A stretch of DNA of 64,000 bases from Octopus vulgaris (Eukaryota), in assembly GCA_951406725.2 (NCBI GenBank), contig OX597820.1, forward strand, positions 103,044,001-103,108,000. The letters are read 5' to 3'. Positions within the stretch are counted from its first letter, which is position 1; each line of letters starts with the position of its first letter. This document shows positions 62,881 through 64,000 of this stretch, piece after piece. The notes beneath the pieces were generated by a model, which was not told the origin of the DNA, made no database searches, and saw nothing but the letters and a program-made list of their open reading frames with translations. The position numbers were made by a program, and so were the translations under genes.

Positions 62881-64000
62881 TATTATTCCTTCGTAACACA
62901 GTGTAAGTAAAAATGCAACGGAGTCTTTAGTCATCTGTCAAGTCACAACAAGGACATCAGACAGATAATACTTTCCTGAAGATGTGCGCTGTGCCCAATA
63001 AGGCTGTTTTTTGCAAGACATCAATCTTGCCTGGGATTTCCATTGCCTTAAGGAGTCTTGGAGTTTTAATGGGATTGAGCCCAACGCTACGATCACCACT
63101 GGCATCACTTTTACATTGCCCTCTCGCATTCCATACAGTCTTGCCATTTCCACTTTCAATTCCGAGTACTTGGTGATTTTTCAATCTCTTTACTCACAAC
63201 ATTCATGTCATTCGGTATGGCTACATCAATGATCTGACAGTATTTGTCTTTCATATTCAATATGACAATATTCGGCCGACGGTGTTCGATTGTACGATCT
63301 GTCTGAAAATCATAGTCCCAGAGTATCGTTACTTTTCCATCCTCCTGCATAACTTTACTTGGTCCATGCTCATACCAGTTCTCTGTTACTTGATATTGGT
63401 ACTTACGGCATAAGAACCAATGAAGATATACACAGTCTATCGTGGCGGTGCTTGTATTCTTTTTGTGCAAGGCTCTCACATCCATTTACCAAGAGGGTCA
63501 CATTTTCCACAGAGTTTGCATTTCTGGGTGTCAGAAACTTTATAGATGTTATACTTCACTCAATTGATAGCGGGAGCCTGGTCTTGTGTAGCAATGATCA
63601 GGCTTTCGGTGGTACGCTTCAAATCACTTCAGTCAAGCCATGCCCACGATGCTGTATTATCCTTAACGTCTTGTGTATTCCTTTCAAACTGTCCATGCAT
63701 TCTCATTTAAAGGTCTTTTCTCTTCTCCTCAGCTCTTTTGTTAAACACTTCCTTGACCATCATCTCATCTGCATTTACACCCATATCGTTCGTGGCATAT
63801 TGCAGCAGGTCTTTATCACTATTTATCAAATACTCAGCACGCATTCTAGTTTCACTCCTTATACAATGGTCTATACTAATTAATCCTCTGTCACCATTCT
63901 TTCTTTTCATATACACTCTGTTTACGTTTGCTTTAGGGTGTAGCGACCCATGCAGCGTCACCAACTTTCTCGTCCTTCTATCCAGTGTTGATATTTCCTC
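62881..64000 (-). mobile_element. Second R4/Dong-clade LINE, 3' portion (thumb, zinc finger, REL endonuclease); runs off the window
   Basis: LHPKANVNRVYMKRKNGDRGL; ILWDYDFQTDRTIEHRRPNIV...IIDVAIPND..EK; VKVMPVVIVALG; LQKTALLGTAHIFRKVL. Confidence 0.92.

Overview
This is an AT-rich, microsatellite-dense eukaryotic window. The SINE families and repeat landscape suggest an octopus or other cephalopod (inference). I could not support any host protein-coding gene, rRNA, bona fide tRNA or CRISPR array; most short ORFs in the track are microsatellite artefacts. The recognisable sequence is mostly transposons: Penelope-like elements (PLEs) with inverted pseudo-LTRs and hammerhead-ribozyme motifs, many tRNA-derived SINEs, an internally deleted Gypsy LTR element with near-identical LTRs, Tx1/L1-clade LINEs, R4/Dong- and CRE-type REL LINE fragments, and mariner, Tc1 and hAT relics. 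The most unusual item is at 15883-20226. Two diverged ~2.1-2.2 kb non-LTR elements encode only a Tx1-type ORF1 (no endonuclease or RT) and sit head-to-tail at exactly the same site (AAGCTACTT) inside the tRNA-like head of a SINE. This is a candidate SINE-targeting, ORF1-only (HAL1-like) retroelement family. Also notable are three hammerhead core variants (C3-G8, U3-A8, G3-C8) and a 152-bp near-perfect hairpin. Coordinates were read by eye and may be off by a few bases.
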